DNA of 64,000 bases. It comes from Polyangia bacterium. Lineage in GTDB: Bacteria; Myxococcota_A; Polyangia; Palsa-1104. Made by a program: the position numbers and the translations under genes. Below the pieces are notes generated by a model. The model made no database searches and was not told where the DNA came from. It saw nothing but the letters and a program-made list of their open reading frames with translations. This document shows positions 9,346 through 19,544 of this stretch, piece by piece. The stretch spans positions 2 through 64,001 of the forward strand of contig JBDTCO010000064.1 in the NCBI GenBank assembly GCA_039923495.1, read 5' to 3'. Position 1 is the stretch's first letter; each line of letters starts with the position of its first letter.

Positions 9346-11190
9346 TTACTCCACGAGGTGCGGCTCGCCGACGAGATCGGCGACCTTGCGCGTCTCGTTG
9401 CCCGAGACGACCGTGACGACGAAGCGCAGCTCCTTGCCGGTGGCGGGGCAGGACAGGCGGACCGCGTGCGTTCCGGCGGAGAGCGAGACCTTCACGAGCG
9501 GCGTGTCGGCCTTCTTCTCGCCGTCGATGGTGACGTGGGCCCACGGGCGCGCGCCGAGCGTCAGCAGGCCGCGAGGCAAGGCATCGAGCCCGAGCGTCAC
9601 CGTCGCGGCGCGCGGGGGACCTCCCTGCAGCTCCTCCGGTTTGATGGTGCGCTCGGTCGCTGCGTAGTCGCGACGCTCGACATGGACGCGAGTCGGCTCG
9701 TCGAGCGGGATGTCGACGGTGACCGGGCTTGCGCCGAGCGAGCGGTCGCCGATGCGCACGTCGGCGCCTTCGGGATCGGTGCGGATGGTGAGCTTGCCGA
9801 CCTCCGCCGGGAGCACGAGCGAAACGGCGCGATGCTCGCCGGCGGCGACGTGTACCGTCTGCGTCGCGGTGGGACGATCGGGGAGCGTCGCAGCCAGCAC
9901 GTGCGCACCCGCCGAGAGTCGCAGGCTCCCATCCGGATCGCGAACGGCGGTCGCACCATCGACGGAGATCGTCGCGTTCGCGGGCACGACCGTGAGTGCC
10001 AGGGTGGCCGGCAGCGGCGCGGCCGCGACGATGGGCGGTGGCGAAGTGCCGACGGTGTCGCGCAGCCGCGAGCCCACGAACGCGGACACCACCACAAGCA
10101 GGATGCCGCCGCTCACGAGCAGCGGCATCGGGAGCGAGCGTGTCGCGCGCTCGTCGGTCGGCACGCGAACGGCCGCCTCGACGACGGGCGCTTCACCGGT
10201 CGCTGGCTCTGCGTCGATGAAGCGCGTCGCGAACGTGACCTCCCTGGTCGGGTACGTGCGCGTCCCCATCGCGGGCGTCGCGTTCGCGGCGCGCTGGCCC
10301 ATCGGCGCGGTCGTCGATCCGGGCGCCTCGCTGCGCTGCGGCACCGCCACTGCATCTGCAACTACGTCTGCAACTGCATCTACAACTGCATCTGGCGTCC
10401 GCTGCCGGACCAGGCGTGCGAGATCGGCCTGCATGGACGCCTCGGTGTCGCGCAGGTAGCGCGTGACCGGTGACAGCATTGCCTCGGCGCTGGCGTAACG
10501 GTCGGCGGAGCGAGGCGCCACGGCGCGCTCGATCACCTCGAGTAGTTGTGCAGGCGCATCCTCGGGGATCCCGCTGTCGCGGCGTCGGCCGGCAAGCATC
10601 TCCCACAGCAGCACGCCCACCGTGTAGAGATCGGAGCGGGCGTCGACCCGGTCGCCGCACTCCTGCTCGGGCGCGACGTAGCCGCGCGACCCACCGATGA
10701 TGGCACGACCGCTCACCTCGGCAGAGATCCCGAAGTCGAGCAGCTTGACCTCGCCATCACGGGAGCAGAGCACGTTGGCCGGCGAGAGGTCGCGATGCAC
10801 GATGCCGCGACGGTGCGCGTAGTCGAGCCCGCGCAGGATCTGCTCCGCTATGTACGCGGCGATCGGAGCGGGCAGCTTGCCCCCATCGACGAGCTTGGCG
10901 AGCGGCGGGCCATCCACGAGATCGAGCGCGAGGAAGTACGTGCCATCGACCATGCCGAGCTCGAACACCGGAACGATGTTCGCGTGCGTGAGCTGCACGG
11001 TCGTCTTCGCCTCCTTCACGAAGAGCTCGATGAACTCGGCCCGCGCTGCGAGCTCGGCGCGAATCTGCTTCACGACGAGCGTCTTCTCGAACCCGCCGGG
11101 CCCGCTGAGCTTGGCGCGGTAGACGACCGCCATCCCACCCTCGGCGATCTTCTCCACAAGGAGGTACTTGCCGAAGATGATCGGCTCCAC
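9346..11190 (-). CDS. Ser/Thr protein kinase with TM segment and C-terminal PEGA domains
   Basis: Hanks kinase motifs present: VVKQIR Lys, HRDLSPANVL, DFG, APE. TM helix present. PEGA-like repeats (TIRTDPEGADVRIGD; VTIDGE). 12-bp imperfect tandem repeats in the linker encode (DAVxDAVA). Confidence 0.9.
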   Translation of the reverse strand: MEPIIFGKYLLVEKIAEGGMAVVYRAKLSGPGGFEKTLVVKQIRAELAARAEFIELFVKEAKTTVQLTHANIVPVFELGMVDGTYFLALDLVDGPPLAKLVDGGKLPAPIAAYIAEQILRGLDYAHRRGIVHRDLSPANVLCSRDGEVKLLDFGISAEVSGRAIIGGSRGYVAPEQECGDRVDARSDLYTVGVLLWEMLAGRRRDSGIPEDAPAQLLEVIERAVAPRSADRYASAEAMLSPVTRYLRDTEASMQADLARLVRQRTPDAVVDAVADVVADAVAVPQRSEAPGSTTAPMGQRAANATPAMGTRTYPTREVTFATRFIDAEPATGEAPVVEAAVRVPTDERATRSLPMPLLVSGGILLVVVSAFVGSRLRDTVGTSPPPIVAAAPLPATLALTVVPANATISVDGATAVRDPDGSLRLSAGAHVLAATLPDRPTATQTVHVAAGEHRAVSLVLPAEVGKLTIRTDPEGADVRIGDRSLGASPVTVDIPLDEPTRVHVERRDYAATERTIKPEELQGGPPRAATVTLGLDALPRGLLTLGARPWAHVTIDGEKKADTPLVKVSLSAGTHAVRLSCPATGKELRFVVTVVSGNETRKVADLVGEPHLVE

Positions 11191-11237
11191 GAGGGCGCAA
11201 TCGTAGCACGCGTCTGCCGTGATACGTTGCTCGCCGG

Positions 11238-13232
11238 ATGACGCGGACCGCCGATGTGGTGCTCGGCGCTGGCCTGGTCGCCGGTGTCCTTTTTTGTGGC
11301 TGCGATGTGCCGCGCGAACTCACGCTCGTCCCCGCGCTGCCGCGGCCGTGCGGCGGCGCGAACACGGGTTCGCTGAGCGTGCGCGGCCTCGGCGACTTTG
11401 CACCGACGGCAAAGAGCGTCGCGACGTCGGCCACGGGCGCGGTGGACCTTGCCCTGTCGTTGCAGCGCAACACGCGGGTCATCACGCTCTCTGGTGTGGG
11501 TGGTGCATCAGTGCCGTTCGGTCGCACGGCGCCGCTCGCGCTGCCGGCGCTGTGGAGCGACGCGCACGTCGCGTCCATCGTATACGGGCCGCCGGACACG
11601 TTCTGCGACACGGCGTCGATGGTGTACGCGCGCGCCGGTCATCGCGCGACCCTGCTCGACGATGGGACCGTGGTGCTCACCGGCGGAATCAATCGCGATG
11701 GGTACGGCGTCGCGCCGATCGAGCGCTACCTTCCGGCCGGCGATGCGAGCTCGCCGATCGCGCGCTTCGAGCTCGCGGATCAAGGAGGCACCACACTGGA
11801 TGCGCGCTCCGTGCTCGGCCATGGGGCGACCGTGATGAACGATGGTCGCGTGCTGCTGACCGGGGGCGTGCCGGCCGGTGCCAGCACCGTCGCGTTCGAG
11901 GGCGCCGTCGTGCTCGATGCGCTGGGACGCGCCACTGGCAAGCCGCTGTTGCTCGGCGGCGGACCGCGCGCGTACCACGCGAGCGTCGCGCTCGCCGACG
12001 GTACGATCCTCCTGACGGGGGGCTGCCTCGAGGTCGACGGCAACGCGTGCGCGACCGGCCGCACGCTCGACACCGCCGTCCTCTACGATCCGGCGACCGA
12101 CGCGTTCACCGACGCACCGACCCTCACGGTCGCGCGCGCCGGTCACGCGGCGCTCCTGCGCAGCGATGGGCTCGTGCTGCTCGTGGGTGGGAACGGAGCG
12201 GACGGGAGCGTGCCACCCGTCGAGCTGTACGATCCGAGCGAGCAGCGCGGCTCGTTGCTCACGGGGCCGGTCGGGCACGCGGTGCGGCTCGACAGCGGGC
12301 TCGTCATCGGGGTGAACGATGCGGCAGGCCCGAGCGCGGTCGTCTCTGCGTGGAGCGGTCGCGACGACGCGACCGTCGCGCTGCCGTCGCTTCCGACCAG
12401 CCGGAGCGACGGCACGCTGACCGCGCTCGAGGACGGCAGCGTGCTGTTCGCCGGCGGCTGGGACGGCGCGTCGCTCGCGAGCACGAGCGTCGTGCTCGGC
12501 GGCGATCCGCTCGGTCCGTCGACGCTGCTCTCGGGTTTCCTCGCGCATGGCCACACCGCGACGCGGCTCCTCGACGGGACCGTCCTGCTCGCAGGCGGCT
12601 CGGACCTCACCGGCATGTCGAGCGCGCACGCCTCCGTGTTCCTGCGCTCGCTGCGTGGACCGTTCGACACGCCTGCCACGTTCGACTTCGGCGGGGGTGT
12701 CGCGCTCTCACCGAGTCGCGCGGATCACGTGAGCACCGTCGACGGCGCGCTCGTGGTGAGCACGGATGTGCAGGGTGACGTGCCGCTCGTCGACTACGCG
12801 CTCGTGGCCGGACCCGAGCTCGCGGGACCATCGGCGGCAGGGTTCTCGCTGTCAGTGCTCGCCGGTCGTAAGGCGCTCGGTACCGGCACAGCGGCGCTCC
12901 TGTTCGGCGCGCCGGCAAGCGGTCGCTACGTGGCCGTGCGCATCGCGGCGAACGCTGGGCCGACGGTGCTCGTGGTGGCGCCGGATCGCGCGGGGCGCCT
13001 CGACGCGAGCGTGCAGCCCGGCTGCGATGCGAGTGTCGTGGCGGACGGCGAGCTGCCGGCCGGGGGACTGTCGGCGTTCACCCTCACGGCCCGAGATGGC
13101 CGCATCGAGCTGCACACGGCGACGCGGCGGGTGCTCCGCTGCAGCGACGAAGGGTGGCCCGGGCGCGGCATGCTCGGGGTCGGTGCGGCGGATGGCGTCG
13201 TGGTGTTCGACAACGTCGCCATACTCCGCTGA
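11238..13232 (+). CDS. Kelch-repeat (beta-propeller) lipoprotein
   Basis: LFCGC lipobox. Repeated DGxVLLTGG / DGTILLTGG / DGLVLLVGG kelch-like blades. Confidence 0.75.
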   Translation: MTRTADVVLGAGLVAGVLFCGCDVPRELTLVPALPRPCGGANTGSLSVRGLGDFAPTAKSVATSATGAVDLALSLQRNTRVITLSGVGGASVPFGRTAPLALPALWSDAHVASIVYGPPDTFCDTASMVYARAGHRATLLDDGTVVLTGGINRDGYGVAPIERYLPAGDASSPIARFELADQGGTTLDARSVLGHGATVMNDGRVLLTGGVPAGASTVAFEGAVVLDALGRATGKPLLLGGGPRAYHASVALADGTILLTGGCLEVDGNACATGRTLDTAVLYDPATDAFTDAPTLTVARAGHAALLRSDGLVLLVGGNGADGSVPPVELYDPSEQRGSLLTGPVGHAVRLDSGLVIGVNDAAGPSAVVSAWSGRDDATVALPSLPTSRSDGTLTALEDGSVLFAGGWDGASLASTSVVLGGDPLGPSTLLSGFLAHGHTATRLLDGTVLLAGGSDLTGMSSAHASVFLRSLRGPFDTPATFDFGGGVALSPSRADHVSTVDGALVVSTDVQGDVPLVDYALVAGPELAGPSAAGFSLSVLAGRKALGTGTAALLFGAPASGRYVAVRIAANAGPTVLVVAPDRAGRLDASVQPGCDASVVADGELPAGGLSAFTLTARDGRIELHTATRRVLRCSDEGWPGRGMLGVGAADGVVVFDNVAILR

Positions 13233-13245
13233 GAGCCGGGCCCAG

Positions 13246-13938
13246 CTACTGCTTCTTCTTTTTCTTCGCCTTCGGATCCTTCGGCGCCGGCAGCTCGAGC
13301 TTCGTGACCGTCATGTCGACCGCCTGCTTGATGGCGGACGTCGCGGCTTCCATCATCAGCTTCTTGCCCTCGACGGCGTCGTCCTCGGTCTTGCGGATCT
13401 CCGCTGCGACGTTCGCGTCTCCGTCGCCGCCGATGGCCATGATCTTCTCGGGGAGCGTCGTCCCGAAGACCGCGAGGTGGATGCCGCGCTTCACGACGCG
13501 GAATGGCTTCCCCGCCGGGGGGGGCTCGAGACCGCTCGTCACCTCGAGCACGCGCAGCGACATGTCGAGCGCGCGATTGATGCCGTTCTTGTGGAGGCTG
13601 TCCTTGAACGCCTGCGGCTCGGTCGCAGGGTCCGCCGTCACGTCCGGCAGGCCGAGCACGAGCTCCGGATGCCGCGCGATCTCTTCGGCGAAGAGGCGCT
13701 TGAGCTCGGGGACAAGGCCACTTTTGACGCCGTCGGCCTCTTCGACACCTTCGATCACCACGAAGAACCGCTCGTGCCGCAGCTCGGGTGTCTTCACCGA
13801 GGCGCGGGCGCGCGGTGCAGCGCGTGCAACGTTTTCTCCGACGGTGGCGGTGCTCAGCAGCGCCGCTGCCGAAACGAGACCCAAGCTGACGACTCGACCC
13901 AAACCCATGCCCAACGCTGCCACAGCATCGGCACTCAA
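13246..13938 (-). CDS. Hypothetical secreted protein with Lys-rich tail
   Basis: ORF with a predicted signal peptide (LGLVSAAALLSTA). Good GC3 codon bias. No family recognised. Confidence 0.5.
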   Translation of the reverse strand: MSADAVAALGMGLGRVVSLGLVSAAALLSTATVGENVARAAPRARASVKTPELRHERFFVVIEGVEEADGVKSGLVPELKRLFAEEIARHPELVLGLPDVTADPATEPQAFKDSLHKNGINRALDMSLRVLEVTSGLEPPPAGKPFRVVKRGIHLAVFGTTLPEKIMAIGGDGDANVAAEIRKTEDDAVEGKKLMMEAATSAIKQAVDMTVTKLELPAPKDPKAKKKKKQ

Positions 13939-14025
13939 GGGCCAATTACTTGACCCGTAAGCAGAAACTCACGTACGTTGTACCGCGCTCTCGGACCGCC
14001 TTCGACCAAGGAGACATCGACCGGC

Positions 14026-16035
14026 ATGTTCTCAATCCTTGTTAGTGAGAAGGGTGGCGACTCCAAACGCCTCGACTTCGACAAACCTGAAGTCACGATC
14101 GGCCGCGTCCAGGGCAACGACATCATATTGCCGAAGGGCAATGTCTCGAAGCGCCACTCGCGCATCGTGCTCAAGGACGGCAAGTTCATTATTGTCGATC
14201 TGAAGAGCACCAACGGGACCTACGTCAACGGACGCAAGATCACGAGCCCGCTCGTCGTGAAGAACAGCGACAAGATCTATATCGGCGACTTCATCCTCGC
14301 GATCGAGGAGGCCGGTGCTGCTGCTCCTGCCGAAGAGGCAGCGCCGCCGTCGCGTCCCCGGACACAGCCGCCGGCCCAGAGCGCTCCGCCGCCTCCGCCG
14401 CGTCGCCCCATCGAAGAAGAGCAGGACGAGCCGCCCGCGCCTTCGATGGGTGATCACGATCCGGAGTCCGATTCGACGATGGGGCGTCAGGACGAGGACG
14501 AGGACGAGCCAGAGCCAGAGGAAGCACCACCTCCTCCAGCGCGCCGTCCCGTCAGCGCGCCGCCGCCCGCCGCTGCGATTCCCACGATGCGTCCGCAAGC
14601 ATCGCCCGTGGCGCCGCCGGTGCGTCCGTCTGCGACGCGCGACGTTCCGGCTATCGCCCCGGCGCGTCCGGCAGCGCCGCCGCGTGCGTCGGCGCCTGCG
14701 CCTGCCGCGGCCGCGCCGCCGCCTGCCGCTGTGCGTCCACGCCCCGTCAGTGCTCCGCCTGCTGCGCCCGCACGTCGTCCGGCTCCTGCCGTCGATGGGG
14801 GCGCCGATGCCTCGCGTCGCGGCCGCATCCTCGACGCGCTCCGTACTCTCTCGAGCAAGCTCGTGACCACGCTCGGCGGAGAACTCGAGTCGCTCCAAGG
14901 GGACGCGCTCCGCGATCGCGCCGAAGCGGTCGCCAACGATCTCGTCACCGAGCTTGCGCAGGATACCGGACTTCCCCCGGGCATCGAGCCGGACCAGCTC
15001 CTCCGCGACGCCGTCGGGGAAGTGGTGGGCCTCGGTCCGCTCGACGAGCTCCTGCTCGACGAGTCCGTCACCACCATCACCGTCGCTCGCCCCGACCGCA
15101 TCTTCGTCGATCGCAGCGGTCAAGGTCGGTCGCTCGCTCCGCGCTGGATCTCGTCCGGCAGCGCCGCGCATCGTATCCTCGACAGGGTCGCGCACCGCGC
15201 CGGTCGTCGCGCGGAGCTCGCCGATGCTCGCGAGCACGGCGGCCTGTTCGAGGCGCGCCTCGACGGTGGGTTCCTGCTCAGCGCCGCAGTGGGCCCGCTC
15301 TCTTCGGGCTCCGTCTCGATGGTCGTCCGGCGTAGCCGTCGCGATGCCTCGCGTCTCTCCGACCTCACGTCGCAAGGCGTGCTGTCGCAGGGCATGGCCG
15401 ACTTCCTCGACCTCGCTGTACGTGCGCGCCGGAACATTCTCATTGCCGGCGCCACGGGCAGCGGTCGCTCGACGCTGATGGGCGCTCTCGCTCGGTCCAC
15501 CGATGGGCAGCGGTTCGTGTTCGTCGAGGAGTCCGCCGAGATCGACGCTGGTGACCAGCCTTGGATCTCGCTCAGCGGCGCCGGTGGCGATGCGCGTCGC
15601 GCGTTCGCTGCAGCGCTCCGCCTCAAGCCGGAGCACGTCGTCGTTGGTGACATCCGTGGTGCCGAGGCGCTCGACGTCCTCAGCGCCGTGTCGGGTGGCA
15701 TCGATGGCGCGCTCCTCGGGATCGCTGCCACGTCCACGCGCGAGGCGCTTCGTCGCCTGGTGTCGTCGGCGCGGCTCGCGCCCGATGCCCCCACCGCTGC
15801 GGCGCTCGAGGCCGAGGTTCCGAACGGTGTGCACCTCGTCCTGCTGCTGACGCGTGCGGTGGACGGCGAGAGCCGCATCACCGAGATCGCCGAAGTGATC
15901 CCGGGCGAAGACGGCACCAGCGTCGCCACCGCGATCTTCAGTGCGCGTGGCGAGGGCGCCAACGTGCGGTTCACCGCATCGGGACACGTACCGGGCTGGG
16001 CCGAGGGCGCGCCCGCATCGATGTTCCGCGCCTGA
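14026..16035 (+). CDS. FHA-domain protein fused to a CpaF/TadA (VirB11-family) secretion-type ATPase, with degenerate Walker A
   Basis: AAGGAG RBS 11 nt upstream of the ATG. N-terminal FHA (TIGRVQGNDIIL...SKRHSRI). ~200-aa Pro/Ala-rich linker. C-terminal CpaF-like domain: NILIAGATGSGRSTLM, VVVGDIRGAEAL. Confidence 0.85.
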   Translation: MFSILVSEKGGDSKRLDFDKPEVTIGRVQGNDIILPKGNVSKRHSRIVLKDGKFIIVDLKSTNGTYVNGRKITSPLVVKNSDKIYIGDFILAIEEAGAAAPAEEAAPPSRPRTQPPAQSAPPPPPRRPIEEEQDEPPAPSMGDHDPESDSTMGRQDEDEDEPEPEEAPPPPARRPVSAPPPAAAIPTMRPQASPVAPPVRPSATRDVPAIAPARPAAPPRASAPAPAAAAPPPAAVRPRPVSAPPAAPARRPAPAVDGGADASRRGRILDALRTLSSKLVTTLGGELESLQGDALRDRAEAVANDLVTELAQDTGLPPGIEPDQLLRDAVGEVVGLGPLDELLLDESVTTITVARPDRIFVDRSGQGRSLAPRWISSGSAAHRILDRVAHRAGRRAELADAREHGGLFEARLDGGFLLSAAVGPLSSGSVSMVVRRSRRDASRLSDLTSQGVLSQGMADFLDLAVRARRNILIAGATGSGRSTLMGALARSTDGQRFVFVEESAEIDAGDQPWISLSGAGGDARRAFAAALRLKPEHVVVGDIRGAEALDVLSAVSGGIDGALLGIAATSTREALRRLVSSARLAPDAPTAAALEAEVPNGVHLVLLLTRAVDGESRITEIAEVIPGEDGTSVATAIFSARGEGANVRFTASGHVPGWAEGAPASMFRA

Positions 16036-16070
16036 ACTGGCTCGTGACCGTCCTCGAGGAGCGCTAGCCG

Positions 16071-17360
16071 ATGTGGCGGATCATCGCGCTCGACAAGGAC
16101 GGTCGCGAGGTAGCGCGTCTCGAGATCGCGACGGGCGAGCTCACCATCGGTCGCGATCAGGACCGCCAGATCCAGTTGCCGTCAGCGAGCGTGTCTCGTC
16201 GGCACGCGCGCCTGATGGTCAGTGGTGGGCAGTTGCTCATCGTCGACGAGGGCTCCGCGAACGGTGTTTCGGTCAACGGCACGCGTGTCACGAGTGCGAT
16301 GCCAGTCGACGGTCTCTCGAGGATCGAGATCTCCGAGTTCCGCATTGTCGTCGAGCCCCATGGTGCGCCGATGATGGGCGATCCGCCGACGCCTGCGGTG
16401 TCACCGATGGCGACCTCGCTCGTCACGGAGTCGATCCGGCTGGTCGCGCAGGGCGGCCCGTTCGACGGTCGTGTTTTCCCCGTCATCGGCGAGTGCACCG
16501 TGGGCCGCGCCACCGAGAACCAGATCGTGCTCGACGATCCGTCGCTGTCGCGCAAGCACGCACAGCTCCGCGGGCAGGGACGCCGCCTCGACGTGGCCGA
16601 TCTCGGCTCGTCCAACGGCACCTTCGTCAACGGTCGTAAGGTCGGGCGCGCCACCGCGACGCCCGGCGACACCGTCCGCTTCGGCGAGCTGAGCTTTCGC
16701 ATCGAAGACGAGCGAGGGCAGGGCAGAGCCGGCGGTGAGCTCACGAGCGGCCTCATGATCGCGCTGCTCGGCTCCGGCGCCCTCACCCTCGTCATCGTGC
16801 TCGTCGCGGGCGTCGTCCTCGTCCGCAGGCCGACGGCAGTCGCCGCACCCGCGAAGGACGCCATCGCGCGCATCTCGCGCCAGGCCGAGCAGCACCTCAA
16901 GCTCGGCAAGCAACTCTTCAACGACAAGAAGTGGAGCGATGCGAAGATCGAGCTCGATGCCACGATCGAGTCGGATCCCGCGAACACCGAGGCCCGCCGC
17001 TTGAAGGCGCTCGCCACGCGCGCGCCCGAGGACGAGCGCAACCTCGCCAGCGCTGCGTCCGCGCTCGCCATCGGCGACCGTCGAGGCCTCGAGACGGCGA
17101 TGAGGTTGCGCGACGAACTCCTCGTCGGCACGGCGGCCCGCAACTCGCTCGAGGCAAAGCTCGTCCCGCGCCTCCTGCAGTTCGGGCTCGCGCGCTTCGA
17201 TGAGAGAAACTTCGTCGACGCGGAGTGGGCCCTGTGCCGCGCGTTCGAGGTCAACAGCGTCCAGGCGCGCGCGGACGCTCGTGCGGGCCACGACATCCAC
17301 GACGCCGAGAAGAAGCTCGCCCACGAACGCGGCTCTCAACCGTGCCGCGCAGCTCGTTGA
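16071..17360 (+). CDS. Double-FHA-domain membrane protein with C-terminal helical/TPR-like region
   Basis: Two FHA cores (LTIGRDQDRQIQL...SRRHARL and CTVGRATENQIVL...SRKHAQL). One TM helix (LMIALLGSGALTLVIVLVAGVVLV). Confidence 0.85.
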   Translation: MWRIIALDKDGREVARLEIATGELTIGRDQDRQIQLPSASVSRRHARLMVSGGQLLIVDEGSANGVSVNGTRVTSAMPVDGLSRIEISEFRIVVEPHGAPMMGDPPTPAVSPMATSLVTESIRLVAQGGPFDGRVFPVIGECTVGRATENQIVLDDPSLSRKHAQLRGQGRRLDVADLGSSNGTFVNGRKVGRATATPGDTVRFGELSFRIEDERGQGRAGGELTSGLMIALLGSGALTLVIVLVAGVVLVRRPTAVAAPAKDAIARISRQAEQHLKLGKQLFNDKKWSDAKIELDATIESDPANTEARRLKALATRAPEDERNLASAASALAIGDRRGLETAMRLRDELLVGTAARNSLEAKLVPRLLQFGLARFDERNFVDAEWALCRAFEVNSVQARADARAGHDIHDAEKKLAHERGSQPCRAAR

Positions 17361-18316
17361 GCAAGCGCGCCGCCACCAAGTTCCTCGCGCGCCTGCGAGA
17401 AGCGTTGACGCGCTACGCGACGGGCGTGCACGACGTCGGCGACGCGGCGGACACCGCGACGATCGCCGCTGTGGAGCGACGCCTCTCGATCGTGTTGCCC
17501 GAGAGCATGACCGAGGTGTATCGCTTCGCGAACGGCATGTGGCTCTTCGACGACGTGGTGCGCCTGCTCCCGCTCGACGATGTGGAAGCGCGCGACGGCA
17601 GCCTGCGCTACGGCGTCACCGATGGCATCTCGCTGTGGGTCGACGCCGAAGGTCGCGCGTACGAGCTCGACGACGATGGCGATCGCGTGCTCGTCGCTGT
17701 CAGCATCGAGGAGGACCTCCTCGCTCGCATCGCGCGCGAGGGCCTGCTCATCGACGACGATGGGGAGTGGCGCGACGTCTTCGGTCCCGACGGCGAGTTG
17801 CTGCCCGCGGTGCAGCGAAAGCGCAACGAGATAGCGCGCAAGCGAGCGCCCACCTCCGCGCGCTGGTTGCTCGAGGCCGCCGAGCTCGCCCTCGAGATCG
17901 ATGGCGATCCGTCGCCATTCCTCGTCGAGGCGCGCGCGCTCGATCCGGTCGCGCCCGGGCCCGCGGAGCTACACGGCCTCTTGCTCTCGGGCCGCGGCGA
18001 GCTCGAAGCTGGTGCAGCGGCGCTGGCCGATGCAGCGACGCACAGCGGCCCCGTCCGTCAGGCGGAGCGCGCCGCCATCGCCGCCGAGGCCGCACAGCGC
18101 GCCGGTCAAACGGACGTGCGCGCGAAGATGGCCGCGCTCGCCATCGAACGCGAGCCAGGCATCGTCGCGCGCCTCGGCGAAGAGGCGGAGTCCGCGCTCC
18201 AGCACGGCCGCCTCGAAGACGGTGACAGGCTCGGCGCGCTCGCTCGCGCCGTCGCAGGCGACGCCGGCGGCGTGACGACGCGGCTGCGGCTGCGCGAGAA
18301 GCTGCGCTCGATCTGA
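17357..18316 (+). CDS. SMI1/KNR4 (SUKH-1) family protein
   Basis: TTG start overlaps the upstream stop (TTGA); a GTG at 17342 is the alternative. DVGDAADTATIAAVERRLSIVLPESMTEVYRFANGMWLFDD matches the SMI1/KNR4 signature. Confidence 0.6.
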   Translation: MSKRAATKFLARLREALTRYATGVHDVGDAADTATIAAVERRLSIVLPESMTEVYRFANGMWLFDDVVRLLPLDDVEARDGSLRYGVTDGISLWVDAEGRAYELDDDGDRVLVAVSIEEDLLARIAREGLLIDDDGEWRDVFGPDGELLPAVQRKRNEIARKRAPTSARWLLEAAELALEIDGDPSPFLVEARALDPVAPGPAELHGLLLSGRGELEAGAAALADAATHSGPVRQAERAAIAAEAAQRAGQTDVRAKMAALAIEREPGIVARLGEEAESALQHGRLEDGDRLGALARAVAGDAGGVTTRLRLREKLRSI

Positions 18317-18374
18317 CGCGGCTTCCGAAGCTGGGTCTCTGCGTCGACCGGTCACGCCCCAGAAGCCGAACGCG

Positions 18375-19538
18375 CTACAGAGGAACGCGATCGATCTGTG
18401 TCGGCGTGAAGTACTTCTTCAGCGACAGAAAAGGCTTCTCGAGCAGGTAGAACGACACGACCGCCAAGAATAGCGTGCCGAGGCTCATCACGATCATGTA
18501 AGCGCCGGTGAGGATGAGGCCGGCGCCGTCGGGCGCGATGCGGTTCATGATGGGGATGCCGACGTAGATGTTGAGCGGCATGTGGAAGATGTAGATGCCG
18601 TAGCTGTACGTGCCCAGCGCGCGGAGCGGAGCCCACGACAGGGGGCGGTGCCACGGCCTGACGCGGTACGCGGGGAGCACCGTGACGGCGACCAGCCACG
18701 CGAACACGATGCCGAGGATGGAGTACCCGTAGAGCTGGCTGCGGAGCTGGATGCGCGCGTAGTCGTGCGTGACGACGACGCCAATGACGGCGAGCGTGGC
18801 GAGCGCGACGCGGATCGGCCGTTGGTATCGTGCGACCCACGCGCGGATGCCGTCGTCGCGGATGCCGATGGCGACCATCGCGCCCATCGCGAGGGCGTCC
18901 ATGCGGCAGATCGTGAAGACGTAGACCTCCTCGGCGCCGACGCCGAGGTAGTCGCGGAGCACGATGCGCGAGGCGAGCGCGACGACGCTGAGGCCGATGC
19001 AGGCGGCGAACAGCCGTCGTGGCGAGAGCGTGTACACGAACAGCGGCCACACCAGGTAGAACTGCTCCTCGACGGAGAGCGACCAGAAGTGCGGGAACGC
19101 CGCAACGCCGCGCCCATACGGTGCGGCCCAGTTGGCGAGGTAGGTCCAGAGCCAGATCTGGTGCTCGGACCCCGCGGTCATCGTCGACGGCAGCGTGAAG
19201 ACGAGCGGCGCGAGCACGAACCACGCGAACAGCACGGCGTAGTAGAGCGGGAAGATGCGCAGCGTGCGGCGTCCGTAGAAGGCGCGGAAGAAGTTACTCG
19301 AGCGCCGCGTGTCGAGCAGGATGCCGGTGATGAGGAAGCCGGACAGCACGAAGAAGAGCTGAACGCCGGCCCAGCCTGCGTCGAGCGAGTCCTTGATGAG
19401 ACGCGCGGGCAGGGTGCCGTGCGTGCTGCCGATGTTCAGGTTGTGCGCGAGGACCAGAAGGATGGCGATGCCGCGCACCCCGTCGAGCGCCGGCACGTGG
19501 TCGGCCGACGTGGGTGGACGGGGTGCGGCGGTGGCCAT
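18375..19538 (-). CDS. Acyltransferase family 3 (OafA/YrhL-type) integral membrane protein
   Basis: ~10 TM helices. Conserved N-terminal LDGVRGIAILLV..H and FFVLSGFLIT motifs. Confidence 0.85.
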   Translation of the reverse strand: MATAAPRPPTSADHVPALDGVRGIAILLVLAHNLNIGSTHGTLPARLIKDSLDAGWAGVQLFFVLSGFLITGILLDTRRSSNFFRAFYGRRTLRIFPLYYAVLFAWFVLAPLVFTLPSTMTAGSEHQIWLWTYLANWAAPYGRGVAAFPHFWSLSVEEQFYLVWPLFVYTLSPRRLFAACIGLSVVALASRIVLRDYLGVGAEEVYVFTICRMDALAMGAMVAIGIRDDGIRAWVARYQRPIRVALATLAVIGVVVTHDYARIQLRSQLYGYSILGIVFAWLVAVTVLPAYRVRPWHRPLSWAPLRALGTYSYGIYIFHMPLNIYVGIPIMNRIAPDGAGLILTGAYMIVMSLGTLFLAVVSFYLLEKPFLSLKKYFTPTQIDRVPL

Positions 19539-19544
19539 CGCTCG

